A stretch of 64,000 nucleotides of DNA, taken from assembly GCA_965208575.1 (NCBI GenBank), contig CBDBOV010000006.1, positions 1,184,001 to 1,248,000 of the forward strand, written 5' to 3'. Numbering within the stretch: position 1 is the stretch's first letter; each line of letters starts with the position of its first letter. The DNA is from Spirochaetia bacterium (GTDB lineage Bacteria > Spirochaetota > Spirochaetia > SZUA-6 > Bin103). This document shows positions 28,532 to 37,536 of this stretch, piece after piece. Below the pieces are notes generated by a model that was not told the origin of the DNA, ran no database searches, and saw nothing but the letters and a program-made list of their open reading frames with translations. Position numbers and translations under genes: made by a program.

Positions 28532-29683
28532 TCAGAAGACGATCTTCGCCAGTTGATGGTTTCGGATCTGGTGCTCCGCGACCAGGGAAGAAACGCCGAA
28601 CACGCCCGCAAGTTCGTCGATGTCGTCACCGTCTACGGCTCTCCGGCCGTTCAATCGCTCCTGTAAGCCCGCGGATGGCGCCAGGAATTCGGCGGCGAAG
28701 GCACGATTACGCTGTTGACGCTCGGAATGCGCTCTTGTCAGCAGGGTATCCGTGCTCGGTGATGTCAGGAGTTCAGCCAAGGCGCGACACACATGAAATT
28801 GCGCACCGGGCGCACCCAAGTGCCGGAATCCCAGAGCAGGTTGCTGCTGGTCGGTTTGCGTGACTACTCCATCGATCAGCGCCGCACGGTGCAGCTTCTC
28901 AATTGGCGTTCGACACTCGAATAACTCCGGCACCTCACCTATGCACTCCGCTAGCGCCCTTAGAGTTGGGACTGGCGTGCCGTCCAAATCCAAATCGCGT
29001 CGCAACGTTCGTGCCCATTGGTAGCCTACCTCCCAAGGAAAACCGCCCGTCGCTTCCAACGGCACGTCCCCATGCTCCCGATGAAACCGTTCCAATCGAA
29101 GCCCTTGCGACTTGGAGTCGATGATCGCGGCGGTGATGGCTGCGCAGCCCTCCTGCAAGGAATTCGGATCAAGAGCTGACACGGCTTCGTCAAAGACCGA
29201 ACCCTGAACCTGCCCGGCAAGTTTCAACACCAGGGCCTGCCGCGACTCTTCTACCGCATAGGGATCCCACCCGAGCCGCGCCACGGCCGTGCAGAACGCG
29301 AACTCATCACCGTCCGGCCACTCGTCACGGGCGAGCGGGTATCCCTTGTAAGAGCCGTCTCCACGGTTCACCAATCGTCCCTCGAATACCGTATCTCCAT
29401 GTTTGTACCACACGTATCTTGGGAACGCCCCTTCCCATGGGGCACCCGTGGCGCCTCGTCTGACCGCCGAGCGGAGCCACTCGACCAGTGTCTTGAGATC
29501 GGCAAGGTCTCGCGGACAACAAGACGCATCAGCACGAAGCCGAGGTTGGCCTGCGAAGCTCGGAGTATCCTTGTGCTCCGGGCTCCCCACGTATCGCACC
29601 TTCTCGCACAGACTGTCGAGATCCGTGTCGGGCGGTACGTGCATGGTCCGCTTCACCGGACGTTTGCGTCGAGGCGCACGCAT
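28532..29683 (-). CDS. Two-module protein: small N-terminal hypothetical domain joined to an ImmA/IrrE-like domain lacking HExxH
   Basis: N-module YVGSPEHK...FPRYVW...YKGYPL..EWP; C-module RQQRNRAFAAEFLAP...ELAGVFGVS...HQIRN. Lower GC than the flanks. Confidence 0.65.
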   Translation of the reverse strand: MRAPRRKRPVKRTMHVPPDTDLDSLCEKVRYVGSPEHKDTPSFAGQPRLRADASCCPRDLADLKTLVEWLRSAVRRGATGAPWEGAFPRYVWYKHGDTVFEGRLVNRGDGSYKGYPLARDEWPDGDEFAFCTAVARLGWDPYAVEESRQALVLKLAGQVQGSVFDEAVSALDPNSLQEGCAAITAAIIDSKSQGLRLERFHREHGDVPLEATGGFPWEVGYQWARTLRRDLDLDGTPVPTLRALAECIGEVPELFECRTPIEKLHRAALIDGVVTQTDQQQPALGFRHLGAPGAQFHVCRALAELLTSPSTDTLLTRAHSERQQRNRAFAAEFLAPSAGLQERLNGRRAVDGDDIDELAGVFGVSSLVAEHQIRNHQLAKIVF

Positions 29684-29802
29684 CTCATTCTACTTCTGAC
29701 CTACTTTAGCGGCGAACAGATCACATGGGCAACGAGTGTGCCTCCACCAGACCAAATCAAACGGCTTGCATGACGGCGGGCTGGCAGGCGAGCATGCGCG
29801 CC

Positions 29803-31137
29803 ATGCCGGCCACCGACCATCGCGCCCTCCAGGCCGGAGCACTTCCGCACACCCCCGAAACGCGCGCGACCGGCGGGCTGGCCGCGGTGGCGCTGTTCGC
29901 CGCCACCGGGCACCTGGGCCTGGAACTGGTGTCCAACTTCCTGCCAGTCGTGTACCCGGTCCTGGTGGCGGAGGCGGGCTTCACGTTCGCGCAGGTGGGC
30001 ACCGTGACCCTGGCGGCCACGCTCGGCATGACCCTCCCGCAACCGTTGTTCGGCATGCTGATGCGGCGCTTCGACGCCGGGCGGCTGGTGATCGCGGCGG
30101 TGCTCTGGTGCGGCCTGTTCTTCGGGCTCGCCGGGCTGGCCGGCAAATTCTGGCCGCTGCTTGCCGTGGTCGCCCTGGGCGGCCTGGGTTCCGCGCTGTT
30201 CCACCCCGCCGGCTCGGTGGTGGCGTCGGCGGCGCGCAGCCGCAGGCGCGGCGCGGCAATGTCGATCTTCTCGGTGGGCGGCAACGCGGGCGCGGCGCTG
30301 AGCCCGCTGCTGCTGGCCGCCGTGATCGGCTGGTACGGGTTGGCCGGCACCCTGGTGACCATCCCGCTGGCTGCCGTAACCGCGCTGATCCTTGTGCTGC
30401 TGGCCCGCCACGGCGCGGTTCCCGGCACCGGCCGCGGCACCACCGCGCCCGACGGCCGCCGCCGCGCAACCGGCGCACACAGGGTACGGACCGGCAGCGA
30501 CGGCGGCCCCGGACGCCAAGGCCGCCCGTCCCGCCTCGCCGGCGGGGCCCGCCCGGCAGCCCTCGTCGCGCTCGGGCTGATCACGCTGTTCGCGATGGCG
30601 CGCGCCTGGTACCAGGTGTCGCTGACCACCTACCTGCCGCTGTGGGTGGCACAGCACGCCGGCGCACGCGTCGGCGTCGCGCAGGTGCTGTTCGTGCTGG
30701 CCGGCAGCCTGCCGGCCGGGGCGGTGCTCGGCGGCGCGCTGTCCGACCGCGTCGGCCGCTGGCAGGTGGTGCTGGCGGCCGGCGTGCTGCTGGTGCCGGC
30801 CAACGCCGCCCTGCTGACGGTGGGGCCGGGCGGCGCCCCGGCGGCGCTCCTGCCGTTGATCGCCGTCATCGGCTGCCTGATCGGCGCCACCTATCCGGTG
30901 GCGATCATCATCGCCCAGGAGGCGTGGCCGCGGAACATCGGCCTGGCGGGCGGCATGATCATGGGACTCGGCTGGCTGCCGGGCGGCGTCGGCGCCTCCG
31001 CGGTGGGCATGATGGCCGACAGCTTCGGCCTGGCGCGCGCCCTCGCCACCGGAGTGATCCCGCTTCTGGTCGGGGTGCTTGCGGTCGGCGGCTACGCCCT
31101 GCTCGGCGTCCGCGGCGCCAGCCGGTTGCCGCGATAG
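29803..31137 (+). CDS. MFS transporter (Fsr-like); start uncertain (29725-29803)
   Basis: QPLFG, GLGSALFHP, AMSIFSVGGNAG and GGALSDRVGR motifs. Confidence 0.88.
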   Translation: MPATDHRALQAGALPHTPETRATGGLAAVALFAATGHLGLELVSNFLPVVYPVLVAEAGFTFAQVGTVTLAATLGMTLPQPLFGMLMRRFDAGRLVIAAVLWCGLFFGLAGLAGKFWPLLAVVALGGLGSALFHPAGSVVASAARSRRRGAAMSIFSVGGNAGAALSPLLLAAVIGWYGLAGTLVTIPLAAVTALILVLLARHGAVPGTGRGTTAPDGRRRATGAHRVRTGSDGGPGRQGRPSRLAGGARPAALVALGLITLFAMARAWYQVSLTTYLPLWVAQHAGARVGVAQVLFVLAGSLPAGAVLGGALSDRVGRWQVVLAAGVLLVPANAALLTVGPGGAPAALLPLIAVIGCLIGATYPVAIIIAQEAWPRNIGLAGGMIMGLGWLPGGVGASAVGMMADSFGLARALATGVIPLLVGVLAVGGYALLGVRGASRLPR

Positions 31138-31389
31138 CCGCCCGCGCTGCAACGCCGCGTTGCGCCGCTCTCGTGCAGCCGGTGTGTCACCACGGGCTGC
31201 TGCCGACCCGCTGCACCGGTCGCCTTGCGGACCGGTGCGTCGCGCCTTTGCAGCGCACGGCAAACGGACCTCGCTGCCAGTACCACCGGAGCCGGAAAAG
31301 GGTGAATTTCGCCGCGTGTATGCGTACACTTGCCATCCTGTGATGAGCCTCACTCGTCAGTCCCGCCGCCATCGTCCCGCCACGCGCGC

Positions 31390-33207
31390 ATGATCTCGGA
31401 GTTCACCGCCTCCGGGGTGGCCACCGAGGGCCGCCGTTACGACACCCGTTCGCCGCTGCGCTGGGTGTTCTCGCACATTCGCCACCATCCGTTCCTGGCG
31501 GCCGGCGCGCTGGTGTGCTCGATCACCGCCTGGTCGCTGTTCGGCCTCGGCCCGGTGATGGTCGGCAGGGTCGCGCAGGTGGTGATCGACGGCGGCGCCG
31601 GCACCGCCCTGCTGGTCGCAACGGCCGCGCTGCTGGCGGTGCTGGTAGGCGACTCCATCTGCGCCTTGTGCTCCAGCCTGTGCGCGGTGACGCTCGGCCA
31701 CCGCCTGGAGCGCGACGCCCGCGACGAGCTGTACCGCAGCCTGCTCGGCAAGAGCCAGACCTATCACAACCGGCAACGGGTCGGCGACCTGGTGGCCCGC
31801 GCCACCGACGATATCCGCCATCTCAACCAGATGGTGCATCCGGGCCTGATGTTCATGTCCGACATGGTGCTGGGATTCGTGGCGCCGCTGACCTACGTGG
31901 CCCTGCTCGATCCGCGGCTGCTGGTGGTGCCGGGACTGTTCGCGGTGGCGTTCGTGTTCACCGTGCGCGACTATACCCGCCGCCTCGGCCCGGTGCTGAT
32001 GGAGCAGCGCGTCCAGTACGGGCAGGTGACCGCCACCGCGGAGGAGGCGGTGTCCGGCATCGAGCTGGTCAAGGCGGCGGTGCGGGAGACCTGGGAGCGC
32101 AAGCGGTTTCACGCCGGCGCCGCGCTGTTCCGCGACCTGTTTGTGCGCCAGGGCCGCATTGAGGCGCTGTACGTGCCGATGCTGATGTTCGGCGTGGCGG
32201 TGGCGCTGTCGCTCCTGCACGGCATCGTGCTGCTGCGCGCCGGCGGCATCGAGCTCAGCGAGCTGATCGCGCTGGTCGGGCTGATGCACCTGCTGCGCAT
32301 CCCCGCCTTCATGTCCGCGTTCTCGTTCGCCATGGTGCAGACCGGCATCGCCGGCGCGCGCCGCATCCTGGCGGTGCTCAACGCGTCCACCGAGCTGGAC
32401 CAGAACAGCGGCGGCCGGCGGGCCGCGGTGCGCGGCGCCATCGCCTTTGCCGGCGTGTCGTTCGGGTACCAGGACACCCAGAGTGCGCTGACCGACATCG
32501 ACGTCCGCATCGAGGCCGGCGAAACGGTGGCGATCGTGGGACAGACCGGCGCCGGCAAGACCACGCTCACGCAACTGGTCAACCGCACCTACGACCCCGA
32601 CGCGGGCAGCATCAGCGTCGACGGCGTCGACCTGCGCGACTGGAACCTGACCAGCCTGCGCTCGCAGATCGCCAACATCGAGCAGGACGTGTTCCTGTTC
32701 TCACGCACCGTCGCCGAGAACATCGCCTTCGCCCGCCCCGACGCCAGCCGCCACGACATAGAGAGTGCCGCCCGCGCCGCCGCCGCGCACGGCTTCATCA
32801 CCGGCTTTCGGGACGGCTACGACACCGCGATCGGCGAGCGCGGCGTGACCCTGTCCGGCGGCCAGCGGCAACGGCTCGCCCTGGCGCGCGCGTTCCTGAA
32901 AGATCCGCGCATCCTCATTCTGGACGACTCCACGAGTGCCATCGACAGCAAGACCGAGGACGAGATCCAGCGCGCCCTGCGCACCGTGCAGCGCGGGCGC
33001 ACCACGCTGATCATCACCCACCGCCTGTCGCAGATCCGCTGGGCGGACCGCATCCTGGTGCTGGCCGGCGGGCGGCTGGCGGCGGCCGGCACGCACGACG
33101 AGTTGCTCGCCACCTCCACCGCGTACCGGCGCATCTTCAGCCACTACGACATCGAGCTGCCGCCGCTGCGCGACCCGGCAGCGGCGGCCATCGGAGCGCC
33201 CCGCTAA
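31390..33207 (+). CDS. ABC exporter, fused permease/ATPase, subunit 1
   Basis: GDLVARATDD, GQTGAGKTT, LSGGQRQR and ILDDSTS (degenerate Walker B) motifs. Confidence 0.93.
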   Translation: MISEFTASGVATEGRRYDTRSPLRWVFSHIRHHPFLAAGALVCSITAWSLFGLGPVMVGRVAQVVIDGGAGTALLVATAALLAVLVGDSICALCSSLCAVTLGHRLERDARDELYRSLLGKSQTYHNRQRVGDLVARATDDIRHLNQMVHPGLMFMSDMVLGFVAPLTYVALLDPRLLVVPGLFAVAFVFTVRDYTRRLGPVLMEQRVQYGQVTATAEEAVSGIELVKAAVRETWERKRFHAGAALFRDLFVRQGRIEALYVPMLMFGVAVALSLLHGIVLLRAGGIELSELIALVGLMHLLRIPAFMSAFSFAMVQTGIAGARRILAVLNASTELDQNSGGRRAAVRGAIAFAGVSFGYQDTQSALTDIDVRIEAGETVAIVGQTGAGKTTLTQLVNRTYDPDAGSISVDGVDLRDWNLTSLRSQIANIEQDVFLFSRTVAENIAFARPDASRHDIESAARAAAAHGFITGFRDGYDTAIGERGVTLSGGQRQRLALARAFLKDPRILILDDSTSAIDSKTEDEIQRALRTVQRGRTTLIITHRLSQIRWADRILVLAGGRLAAAGTHDELLATSTAYRRIFSHYDIELPPLRDPAAAAIGAPR

Positions 33208-35024
33208 TGGCGTTCCTGATGGACGGCATCGGCGCCGAGGAGTACGACCGCACCTACAGCGACCGCGAGTTGGTGGGCCGCATCTTCGGCTACTTCCGTA
33301 CCGAGGGCCGGCGCATGCTGATCGTGTCAGCGGCGGTGGCGGCAGCCTCCGTGTTCGGCGCCGCATTCCCGGCAGTGATGTCGCGGGCCATCGACCAGGT
33401 CGCCGACCCGGGCACGTCGAACGGAGTGATCGCTGCCATCGTGGTGGCCATCGCGCTGCTCAACACCGCCAACTGGGGGCTGAACGCGCTGCGCCGCGTG
33501 CTTGGCTCGCGCGCCATCGGCAACGTGGTGCTGCGCATGCGCCGCGACGCCTTCGACGCGCTGATGCGCCACGACCTGTCGTTCTACGACCAGTATCCCA
33601 CCGGCAAGATCGTCAGCCGCGTCGCCGCCGACACGCAGGCGTTCTCGGAGGTGGTGACGCTGTCGATGGAGGTGGTGAGCCAGACCGTCCTGGTGCTGCT
33701 GATCTTCGTCTACCTGGCCACCGTCGATCCGGTGCTGACGCTGATCACGCTGGCGCTCGTGCCGCTGGTGGTGGGCGTGGCGCTGGCGTTTCGCCGCATC
33801 GCGCGCGACGTGGTGACGCAGTCGCGGCGGGCGGTGGCGGAGGTGAGCGCGCACGTGCACGAGACGGTGAGCGGCATCGGCATCGCCAAGTCGTTCCGCA
33901 AGGAGCAGACGCTGTACGACCAGTTCGGCGACGTGAACCGGCAGTCGTTCCGCCTCAACTGGCGCGCCGGGGTGGTATTCTCCAGCATCTTCCCGGTGCT
34001 GTTCCTGATCTCCGGCTTCGGCAACGCCACGCTCGCCTATGCCGGCGGGTTGCGCGCGGACGGCGGCGGCCTGACCACCGGCGAGTGGTACCTGTTCCTG
34101 CAGGCGGTGGGCCTGATGTGGTTCCCGCTCACCTCGATCGCCTCGTTCTGGAGCCAGTTCCAGCTCGGCCTGGCCGCCGGCGAGCGCGTGTTCGCCCTGC
34201 TCGACACCGAGCCGCAGGTGGTTCAGACCAGGTCCGAGCCGGTGTCCAACCTGGCCGGCGCGGTCGAGCTGCGCAACGTCAGCTTCCACTACAAGGAAGG
34301 CGAGACGGTGTTCAAGGAGTTCTCCTTCGCCGTGGCGCCGGGCGAGACGGTGGCCCTGGTGGGCCATACCGGCTGCGGCAAGTCGAGCATCACCAAGCTG
34401 GTGGCGCGCTTCTACGAGTTCCAGAAGGGCGAGATCCTGGTGGATGGCCGCGACATCCGCTCGCTCGACCTGGCCAGCTTCCGCTCCCACCTCGGCTTCG
34501 TGACCCAGGTGCCGTTCCTGTTCAACGGCAGCGTGCTCGACAACGTCCGCTACGGCAGGAGCGACGCGAGCGATGAGGAGGTGACCGCCGCCGCGCGCCG
34601 GGTAGGCGACGGGGACTGGATCGCCACGCTGCCCGACGGGCTGGCCACCACGGTGGAAGAGCGCGGGCGCAACCTGTCCCTCGGCCAGCGCCAACTCGTT
34701 GCCCTGGCCCGCGTGCTGCTGAAGGGGCCGGAGATCGTCATCCTGGACGAGGCCACCGCCAGCGTGGACCCGCTCACCGAGGCGCTGATCCAGGAGGGCC
34801 TGGACGAACTGCTGCGCGACCGCACCGCCATCGTGATCGCGCACCGCCTGTCCACCATCAAGCAGGCCGACCGCATCGTCGTGCTGCGCACCGGGCAGAT
34901 CATCGAGGAAGGTTCGCACCAGCAACTGCTCGATGCCGGCGGCCACTACGCCGAGTTGTACAACACCTACTTCCGCCACCAGAGCCTGGAATACCTGCAA
35001 GCCGCCGGCGCCGCGAGCAATTAG
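33207..35024 (+). CDS. ABC exporter, fused permease/ATPase, subunit 2 (heterodimer partner)
   Basis: GHTGCGKS, LSLGQRQL, ILDEATAS and IAHRLST motifs; TAATG coupling to subunit 1. Confidence 0.93.
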   Translation: MAFLMDGIGAEEYDRTYSDRELVGRIFGYFRTEGRRMLIVSAAVAAASVFGAAFPAVMSRAIDQVADPGTSNGVIAAIVVAIALLNTANWGLNALRRVLGSRAIGNVVLRMRRDAFDALMRHDLSFYDQYPTGKIVSRVAADTQAFSEVVTLSMEVVSQTVLVLLIFVYLATVDPVLTLITLALVPLVVGVALAFRRIARDVVTQSRRAVAEVSAHVHETVSGIGIAKSFRKEQTLYDQFGDVNRQSFRLNWRAGVVFSSIFPVLFLISGFGNATLAYAGGLRADGGGLTTGEWYLFLQAVGLMWFPLTSIASFWSQFQLGLAAGERVFALLDTEPQVVQTRSEPVSNLAGAVELRNVSFHYKEGETVFKEFSFAVAPGETVALVGHTGCGKSSITKLVARFYEFQKGEILVDGRDIRSLDLASFRSHLGFVTQVPFLFNGSVLDNVRYGRSDASDEEVTAAARRVGDGDWIATLPDGLATTVEERGRNLSLGQRQLVALARVLLKGPEIVILDEATASVDPLTEALIQEGLDELLRDRTAIVIAHRLSTIKQADRIVVLRTGQIIEEGSHQQLLDAGGHYAELYNTYFRHQSLEYLQAAGAASN

Positions 35025-36427
35025 CCGGCGGGCGTGGCACGCAGCGCGTACAGGTCGGCGAGGGAGTACCAGCCGTCTGACTTGCTTCTCGCAGCGGGCT
35101 TGCGGCGGGTGAAGTAGCGGCGGCCGAGCGTGGCGCCGCGGCTGTTGGGATACTGCTGCAGTTTGCGCTCCAGCTCGGCTTCCAGGGCACGCGGCGAGCG
35201 CACCGGACCCCACTTGCACTCGCCGAGGTCGGTCCAGTTGTCGTCGCGCATGCCGACCACGTCGATCTGCGTCGCCGTGCTCCAGTATTCGCCGACTTCG
35301 AATGCGGCTGCCACCCGCTCCTGGGCATAAATGAGCGGCAGCGCCTCCCGGCACAACCGTTCGAAGCAGCCACCGAACCAGGCGTCGAGTGACGGCGCAA
35401 TGCGATCGCCGAAAGCGCGGTCCGGGCCGGCGCTGCGGATCACGCTCACGTTCGGGAACACGAAACGGAACCAGAACCGCAACAGCGGATCATCGATTTC
35501 GAAACGTACCCGACGCCGATTGGGGCGGTGGCCTTCCAGCGGATAGCGGCGGCGCAGGTAGCCGAGACTGGTCAACTGCTGCAGGTAGTAGTGCAGGTTG
35601 CGCTCCGGCAGCCCGGTGGCGGTTGCAATTGCCGGTGCTGTGCCGTGGCCGGAGGCTACCGCATGCAGCAGCGCCTGGTACGGGGCGACTTCACGCAGCT
35701 CCTCACGGAGCAGAAACACCGGCTCGTGAAACAGCGGGGCGAACTCGGAGAGCACTTGCTCCCTGACGTTGGCGCCTATGGAGCGGCTGTCGTCGAGGTA
35801 CAGCAGGTACTGAGGCAGCCCGCCGACCAGGAAGTAGGCTCGCGCCTGGTCCTGGAGCGACCAGCGCGGGTGGAACCGGGCCGCTTCACGGTAGCCGAAC
35901 GGCTGCAGATGGATCTGGGCAGTACGCCGGCCGAACAGCGGGCTCTTGCTGCCCAGCACCTCGCGCTCCATGAAGCCAAGGTAGGACCCGCACAACAGGA
36001 GCATGACGTTGCCGGCATCGCGCCACCAGCGGTCCCAGCAGTGCTGCAGCTCCGCGAGCAGGCCCGGGCTGGCGGCCACGATCCACTGGAATTCGTCGAG
36101 AGCCAGCACCAGTTTCCGGCCGGGGTTGTTGCGCGTCCATTGCTCCGTGACCGTGCGCAGCGCCTCCTGCCAGCCGGTGGCGCGCAATTGCGCCAGCAGC
36201 GGCACGCCGAGTGCGCCGGCGGCCTCGGCCAGGAACTCCCGCACCTGCAGCGCAGGCGAAGACTGCTGGCCGACGAAGTAGACGCCGGGCTGGTCCGCCA
36301 TGAACTGCAGTATCAGTTCGCTCTTGCCTACCCGGCGCCGCCCATAGATCGGGACAAGCTCGGATCTCGGCGAACGGAGCGCTTGCCGCAGCAGGGCCAA
36401 TTCCTCTTCGCGACCAATGAACTGCAC
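35021..36427 (-). CDS. Archaeal-type AAA ATPase with DUF234/PD-(D/E)XK C-terminus
   Basis: FIGREEEL, YGRRRVGKS, LDEFQW, LCGS, SPLFGRRT, DPLLRFWFRFV and QIDVV...GECKW motifs. Confidence 0.9.
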   Translation of the reverse strand: MQFIGREEELALLRQALRSPRSELVPIYGRRRVGKSELILQFMADQPGVYFVGQQSSPALQVREFLAEAAGALGVPLLAQLRATGWQEALRTVTEQWTRNNPGRKLVLALDEFQWIVAASPGLLAELQHCWDRWWRDAGNVMLLLCGSYLGFMEREVLGSKSPLFGRRTAQIHLQPFGYREAARFHPRWSLQDQARAYFLVGGLPQYLLYLDDSRSIGANVREQVLSEFAPLFHEPVFLLREELREVAPYQALLHAVASGHGTAPAIATATGLPERNLHYYLQQLTSLGYLRRRYPLEGHRPNRRRVRFEIDDPLLRFWFRFVFPNVSVIRSAGPDRAFGDRIAPSLDAWFGGCFERLCREALPLIYAQERVAAAFEVGEYWSTATQIDVVGMRDDNWTDLGECKWGPVRSPRALEAELERKLQQYPNSRGATLGRRYFTRRKPAARSKSDGWYSLADLYALRATPAG

Positions 36428-36436
36428 AACAGCGGC

Positions 36437-36512
36437 AGGATGCCGGATGCATCAGCATTCGTCAAGCCGTGTTTGGACAAGTCACGACTATACAAGTCAT
36501 GACTTGACGAAT
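36437..36512 (-). promoter_or_regulatory. Promoter and palindromic operator-like sites upstream of the ATPase
   Basis: Minus strand TTGACG-17nt-CATCCT before the GTG; perfect palindrome CAAGTCATGACTTG (36493-36506); near-copy CAAGTCACGACT at ~36478; outer inverted repeat ATTCGTCAAG/CTTGACGAAT. Confidence 0.55.
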
Positions 36513-36513
36513 T

Positions 36514-36990
36514 TCACGCGAATCCGGCAAGCAGTCGCGGGTCGTACGCGAAGCTCTCGATGGCTGCAATCGTGATGCGCACGGCGTCACGGTGGCGATG
36601 GTTGATGACGATGTTGCGGTCGTCGGCGTCGGGGATCGGCACTATCGCGGAGGGTACGCGCAGCAGACAGGAGGAAGCGCGGTCCAACCAGGCGCCGCCG
36701 ACCCGGCGGGTCAAGCGCTGATCGGCGCGCCAATCCTCCGGGAGATCGGCAAGCCGCGACTCCTCCACCCGCAGATCGTCGGGCACGTCGTAGCGGATCA
36801 GCATGGTGTCGTCGGGAAGCAGGGCGGCGTCCTCGACGTGCACGAGCTTCTCCAGCACACAGAGGGCCGGACCGGTGGCACAGTAGGTCACCAGTTGCCC
36901 GCGCTCATTCCATCGGCCCGCGTGTTGCAGCCCGTAGCCGCCATCGAATCGATCGGCAAAAGCCGCCCCCGAGAGCCGCCACAGCTTCAT
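36514..36990 (-). CDS. RES domain toxin
   Basis: GRWN...VTYCA...LEKLVH and LRVPSAI...NIVINH motifs. Confidence 0.92.
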   Translation of the reverse strand: MKLWRLSGAAFADRFDGGYGLQHAGRWNERGQLVTYCATGPALCVLEKLVHVEDAALLPDDTMLIRYDVPDDLRVEESRLADLPEDWRADQRLTRRVGGAWLDRASSCLLRVPSAIVPIPDADDRNIVINHRHRDAVRITIAAIESFAYDPRLLAGFA

Positions 36991-37433
36991 CAGGCCGCCG
37001 CGCCCCAGGAGATCCGCGCCAGCAGACTCTCGACCACGCGAGCGCCGGCATCGGTGCGGATCAACTCCATCGGCGTGCGACCACCGAGCGCACCGAGACT
37101 GCGGTGCAGCCAGCGGTGTGCCTTGTCCCGGCTGGCGAAGGTCCGCTCCGCGAGCACCAGGCCGCGCGCTACCCGTGCGGCACGATCGGACTCGTCGACC
37201 GTCAGCCGTCCTCCGTTCGCCCGCCGGTGCGACAGGGTACGCGGCTTGATGATCAGAGAGCCTACTTCCGCCTCCGTCACGCCGCGCTGCCTGAGTTCGT
37301 CGATCGCCTTGATCGGGAAACCGCCGGCAACCGCGCCTGCCATGTCGGCATCCGAATGCACTTCGAGGCCGACGCCGGCGACGCCGCCCAGGAGGTCCGC
37401 CGCGTCCTCCGCGAGGCTTCTATACTCATCCAC
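36990..37433 (-). CDS. Xre/MbcA/ParS-type antitoxin
   Basis: RTLSHRR...LTVDESDR, A-RWL...LGGRTP and GARVVESLL-RI motifs; GGAGG RBS before GTG 37433. Confidence 0.92.
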   Translation of the reverse strand: MDEYRSLAEDAADLLGGVAGVGLEVHSDADMAGAVAGGFPIKAIDELRQRGVTEAEVGSLIIKPRTLSHRRANGGRLTVDESDRAARVARGLVLAERTFASRDKAHRWLHRSLGALGGRTPMELIRTDAGARVVESLLARISWGAAA

Positions 37434-37536
37434 CGGGTCATCCTCCCCCCCGTTCGGCAACTTGCCTATACTGTGACGGCATATTGCCGTTTCGTCAAGA
37501 CAATCCCACCGTGGTCTGGTTCCCGGCAACCGCGCT

